The notes beneath the pieces are model-generated. The model saw only the letters and a program-made list of their open reading frames with translations, ran no database searches and was not told the origin of the DNA. 54,823 nucleotides of DNA from Actinomycetes bacterium. Its GTDB lineage: Bacteria; Actinomycetota; Actinomycetes; Mycobacteriales; Mycobacteriaceae. Made by a program: the position numbers and the translations under genes. Positions 51,163 to 54,823 of the stretch are shown in pieces (the stretch's first letter is position 1; each line of letters starts with the position of its first letter). The stretch covers positions 1 through 54,823 of the forward strand of contig JAEZDV010000011.1 in the NCBI GenBank assembly GCA_023417985.1, given 5' to 3'.

Positions 51163-52398
51163 TCAGGGGAGCCGGCGGGCAGAGATCTCGAAACCGGCGT
51201 CACGCAAGCGTTCGGTCAGCACGTCGCCGAACGCGACCGCCGGGGTGAGCACACCGCCGCCCGCATGCAGCGCGGATCCACCGGAGGCGAGGGAGAGCGC
51301 CGACTCGGCGAGCATCACCGCAGTCGCCTTGTAACCGGGGTCGCCCTTCGCCGCGAACCGTGCGGTGAAGCGAGCACCGGTTTCCGTCGTCGTGTACAGA
51401 TCGACGGTGAAATGACCTGATTCCCGGGTCTTTTCGGACGGACCTTCACCCGGGGCCGGCAATACCTTGTCGAGCAGGAACCGGGTGGGTGGAAACGCCA
51501 GTCCCGCTGCCAGCGCACCGCTGCCAGCGGCGACCAGGCCGGCGAGCACCGGTGAGAACGCCGACGACCCGACGCTCATCACCTCGCGGTACGCGAACTT
51601 CCGCCCGTAGGCCCAGTCGGTGAGTGCGTTGCTGCGGCGCACGACTCGGGTGTTGTAGGACGCCATGACGAACGGCGCCTTCCAGCCCGAGAGTTCCGGG
51701 GCGACGGACTTGCCGTCGACCAGGGCGAAATCGTTCTGGCGGCCGAGGTCGGGTTCGTGTGCGGGGTCCGGCGAGAGGGAGTACGGCCGGGCCGCGACCT
51801 TGCGGGCAACGGGGTCTTTGCGCACGGCGTCGAGTTGGAGACGCATCGAGTCGATCGTGCCGCCACTGATGCCACCGCGCATCGAGGTGAGCACGAACGT
51901 CGTGTCCGTCAGCGCACCGGCGCCGTCCGCCTCCGCGGCGCGGAACAATGCGTGGACGCCCAGATCCGACGGGATCGAGTCGAAACCGCACGAATGCACG
52001 ATTCGCGCCCCTGTGCGCCGGGCCACGTCGTCGAACCGATCGATGCTCTCCCGGTGGAAGAGCACTTCGCCGGTGAGATCGACGTAGTCGGTACCGGCCT
52101 CCGCACACGCTTCCACCAGGGGCAGTCCGTACTTCGCGTACGGGCCGACGGTGGTGATGACGACGCGGGTCGAGCCGGCAAGCGACGCCAGCGACGCCGG
52201 GTCGTCGGAGTTCGCCTCGATCAGGGGCCAGTCGGTGCCCAGTTCCGCACGAACCTTCTCGAGACGTTCGGCGGATCGGCCGGCCAGGCCGACGGTGACG
52301 CCGGTGGGCAGGTGGGCCGCGAGATACGCGGCGGTGAGCCGCCCGACGAATCCGGTGGCGCCGTATACGACGATGTCGAGGTCACGTGAGGCAGTCAT
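51163..52398 (-). CDS. Saccharopine dehydrogenase-like oxidoreductase (trans-acting enoyl reductase family)
   Basis: YGATGFVG, TTVGPYAKYG, YVDLTGE, CGFDSIPSDLG, SGGT, GDPGYKATA. Confidence 0.9.
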   Translation of the reverse strand: MTASRDLDIVVYGATGFVGRLTAAYLAAHLPTGVTVGLAGRSAERLEKVRAELGTDWPLIEANSDDPASLASLAGSTRVVITTVGPYAKYGLPLVEACAEAGTDYVDLTGEVLFHRESIDRFDDVARRTGARIVHSCGFDSIPSDLGVHALFRAAEADGAGALTDTTFVLTSMRGGISGGTIDSMRLQLDAVRKDPVARKVAARPYSLSPDPAHEPDLGRQNDFALVDGKSVAPELSGWKAPFVMASYNTRVVRRSNALTDWAYGRKFAYREVMSVGSSAFSPVLAGLVAAGSGALAAGLAFPPTRFLLDKVLPAPGEGPSEKTRESGHFTVDLYTTTETGARFTARFAAKGDPGYKATAVMLAESALSLASGGSALHAGGGVLTPAVAFGDVLTERLRDAGFEISARRLP

Positions 52399-52535
52399 GG
52401 ACTCACCCTACTGCCGGGTAAGTCCGGTTGCGAGGAGCATCACACCGATGCTCGGGCGCAGGACCGACATGGATGATTTCTTCACTGCACCGGATGCGCC
52501 CGGTCCTGCAGTCGGTGCACCGGCACGCGCGGGGC

Positions 52536-53114
52536 TTACACTCCGCGTGATTCTGCGTCGTGCACGCGGAATACGGGGTACCGCGGCGCGAGTTCCGCGA
52601 GGCGTTCCACCGTCGGGGGCTCGTGAAGTCCGAAGTACCACTTCGCTTGTTCTCGCGCGGCCGACTCGCCGCTACGGCGTTTCCCCGCCTCCAGGTACGC
52701 CGCGAGCACCGGGGCACGCTCGTCCACCGGCACCTCCTCCAGCCGGACCCGCCGGGTACTCCGTCGCCGCAGCACCGCATCACCGCCGGCGGCACGAACA
52801 TTGCGTACCCACTGTGACTGCCCGGCCAGGGCGACCAGGTAGTCCGCGCCCTCGTACCGGGTGATCAGGATCGGGATCCGCCGAGGACGGCCGGTGCGGC
52901 GACCCCGCACCTGCAAAGTCATCGCATCCCGCGGGGCAAGCCCCCACGTCGTCAACGGCACCCCGACCGGATTCAGCCGGCGATACCACGGCGAGGGCGG
53001 CCGATAGGATCCCTCCCCGGAGTAGTCCTGCGGATGCAACCACCTGCCGAGCAACCGCGCCCGCCGCTCCCGCGTCTCGCGGGCAGTCCTGACGATGCGT
53101 CGTCGGGCTCTCAT
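52536..53114 (-). CDS. Deazaflavin (F420)-dependent nitroreductase-like protein
   Basis: LQVRGRRTGRPRRIP, YLVA..G.SQWVRNVRAAG, YPVFRV. Start uncertain. Confidence 0.8.
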   Translation of the reverse strand: MRARRRIVRTARETRERRARLLGRWLHPQDYSGEGSYRPPSPWYRRLNPVGVPLTTWGLAPRDAMTLQVRGRRTGRPRRIPILITRYEGADYLVALAGQSQWVRNVRAAGGDAVLRRRSTRRVRLEEVPVDERAPVLAAYLEAGKRRSGESAAREQAKWYFGLHEPPTVERLAELAPRYPVFRVHDAESRGV

Positions 53115-53325
53115 GGGGGTCACCCACCTCTCGGGCTCTCTACCGCCGTGATGTCGCCGTCCCGCGGGGGACGGGAGAGCACTGTGCCTCTGCGACCACG
53201 AGACCCGGTGGATACCCCGCCTCGGTGCGCCGTAGTCGGCCCGCCCTGGAGAACCGGGACCTCGACAGCAGGTGACAACTATCCCGCGTCCGCCGAACCG
53301 AGGACGTATGAACCACCGGTTTCGA

Positions 53326-54798
53326 TCACCAAGGGGCGGGGCGGTAATCCTTGAGGAAGCAGCCGTACAGATCCGTGCCCGCCTCGCCTTGCACGATCGG
53401 GTCGTAGACACGTGCCGCGCCGTCGACCAGGTCGAGCGGGGCATGGAACCCCTCTTCGGCCAGTCTCATCTTGGTGTGATGAGGACGCTCATCGGTGATC
53501 CAGCCGGTGTCGACCGCCGTCATGAGGATGCCGTCGGCGAGCATCTCCTCCGCACTGGTCCGGGTGAGCATGTTCAAGGCGGCTTTCGCCATGTTGGTGT
53601 GCGGATGGCCGGCGCCCTTGTATCGGCGACCCGCGAACTGGCCCTCCATCGCGGAGACGTTCACGACGTACTTGCGCCGGGCGGGGGAGGCTGCCATGGC
53701 CGGGCGCAGCCGGTTGACCAGGATGAACGGCGCAACCGAGTTGCAGAGTTGCACCTCGAGAAGCTCGAGCGGTTCCACCTCGCCCACGGTCTGAACCCAG
53801 CTGTTGGTGTGCACGAGGTCGGGGAGCAGGCCGCCTGCGTCCACCGCGATGCCCGCGGCGACCCGCTCGGGTGTCGCGGATCCGGCCACGAGCGCCAGCG
53901 AGGTCAACGCGTCGCCGGACAACTCCGCGGGCAGTGCTCCGGTGAGTGCTGCCGGATGCGCGTCGGAGGGCTTACCGAAGGTGAGAACCTCCGGAAGCGG
54001 CCCCGCCGGCAAGGGGCCCGATTCGGCCTCGGCGAGCGCCGAGTACGCACCGGGGGAGCGGCGCACCGTCTGCGCGGCATTGTTGATGAGGATGTCGAGC
54101 GGGCCTTGAGCAGCGACTTCCTCGGCCAGTGCCACGACCTGAGCCGGGTCACGCAGGTCGATCCCGACCACGCGCAACCGGTGCAGCCAGTCGCCGCTGT
54201 CCTCCATCGCGGCGAAGCGGCGGATCGCGTCGTTGGGGAATCGGGTGGTCACGGTGGTGTGGGCACCGTCGCGGAGCAACCGCAACGCGATGTACATCCC
54301 GATCTTGGCGCGGCCACCCGTGAGCAGGGCGCGTCGTCCGGTCAGGTCGGTGCGGGCGTCGCGTCGGGCGTGGTTCTCGGCGGCGCACGACGGACACAAC
54401 TGGTGGTAGAACGCGTCGACCTGTGTGTACCGGTCCTTGCAGACGTAGCAGGGGCGCGGCCGCAACAGCGTTCCCGCGCTCGCCCCGTTCGTCGACGAGG
54501 TGATGGGGACGCCGGCGGTTTCGTCGTCGATCCTGTTGGGCGATCCGGTGGCCGTCGCGGCGATCACGTCACGGTCAGCAGCAGCCTTGCGTCCGCGCGT
54601 TTCCTTGCGCCGCATCTGCTTGAACTTCTTGAACATGTGCCCGACCGCGCGCTGGACGGTGACGGCGTCCGGATGCTCGGCGTGGAGTTCCGCGGCCTGG
54701 TCGAGCACTCTCAGGCAGATTTCGAGGTCGGCGGGATCGATGCGATCGGTACCGAAGGTCTCGCTGGTCGAAGTCAAGGTGTCGCTTTGGGGGTTCAT
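53326..54798 (-). CDS. SDR oxidoreductase with N-terminal CxxC/CxxC domain
   Basis: CYVC...CPSC, then LLTGGRAKIG, LINNAAQT, NVSAMEG, HPHTNMAKAALNM. Confidence 0.9.
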   Translation of the reverse strand: MNPQSDTLTSTSETFGTDRIDPADLEICLRVLDQAAELHAEHPDAVTVQRAVGHMFKKFKQMRRKETRGRKAAADRDVIAATATGSPNRIDDETAGVPITSSTNGASAGTLLRPRPCYVCKDRYTQVDAFYHQLCPSCAAENHARRDARTDLTGRRALLTGGRAKIGMYIALRLLRDGAHTTVTTRFPNDAIRRFAAMEDSGDWLHRLRVVGIDLRDPAQVVALAEEVAAQGPLDILINNAAQTVRRSPGAYSALAEAESGPLPAGPLPEVLTFGKPSDAHPAALTGALPAELSGDALTSLALVAGSATPERVAAGIAVDAGGLLPDLVHTNSWVQTVGEVEPLELLEVQLCNSVAPFILVNRLRPAMAASPARRKYVVNVSAMEGQFAGRRYKGAGHPHTNMAKAALNMLTRTSAEEMLADGILMTAVDTGWITDERPHHTKMRLAEEGFHAPLDLVDGAARVYDPIVQGEAGTDLYGCFLKDYRPAPW

Positions 54799-54823
54799 CT
54801 GCCTTTTCCGTGTGGTGCTGTAC

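Overview
High-GC actinobacterial chromosome segment, most consistent with Rhodococcus/Nocardiaceae (inferred from gene content and order). The backbone follows the conserved Mycobacteriales order matching M. tuberculosis Rv1473-Rv1496: ABC-F, small HTH, acnR, acnA, Rv1476-like, ripA, moxR-DUF58-VWA, fabG1-inhA-ferrochelatase, nfeD-SPFH, then a TVP38/DedA gene and mutA-mutB-meaB. Two accessory blocks (about 19.2-39.1 kb and 45.3-54.8 kb) carry redox enzymes, transporters, a rifamycin phosphotransferase, nhaA, stress proteins and small orphan ORFs. I saw no tRNA, rRNA, CRISPR array, integrase or transposase. The best candidates for undescribed biology are four. (1) A translationally coupled heme-oxygenase-like diiron enzyme plus a MurE paralogue whose meso-DAP specificity motif is replaced, divergent from a GAF-ANTAR regulator. 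(2) A structured leader of about 180 nt upstream of nhaA that may be a cation riboswitch. (3) A SatD/class III cyclase-like-HTH protein coupled to a membrane protein, with a leaderless promoter covered by TCAAG repeats. (4) An unannotated 22-aa Cys-rich leader peptide with attenuator-like hairpins upstream of a TauE/SafE transporter. Family assignments come from motif recognition by eye, not database searches.
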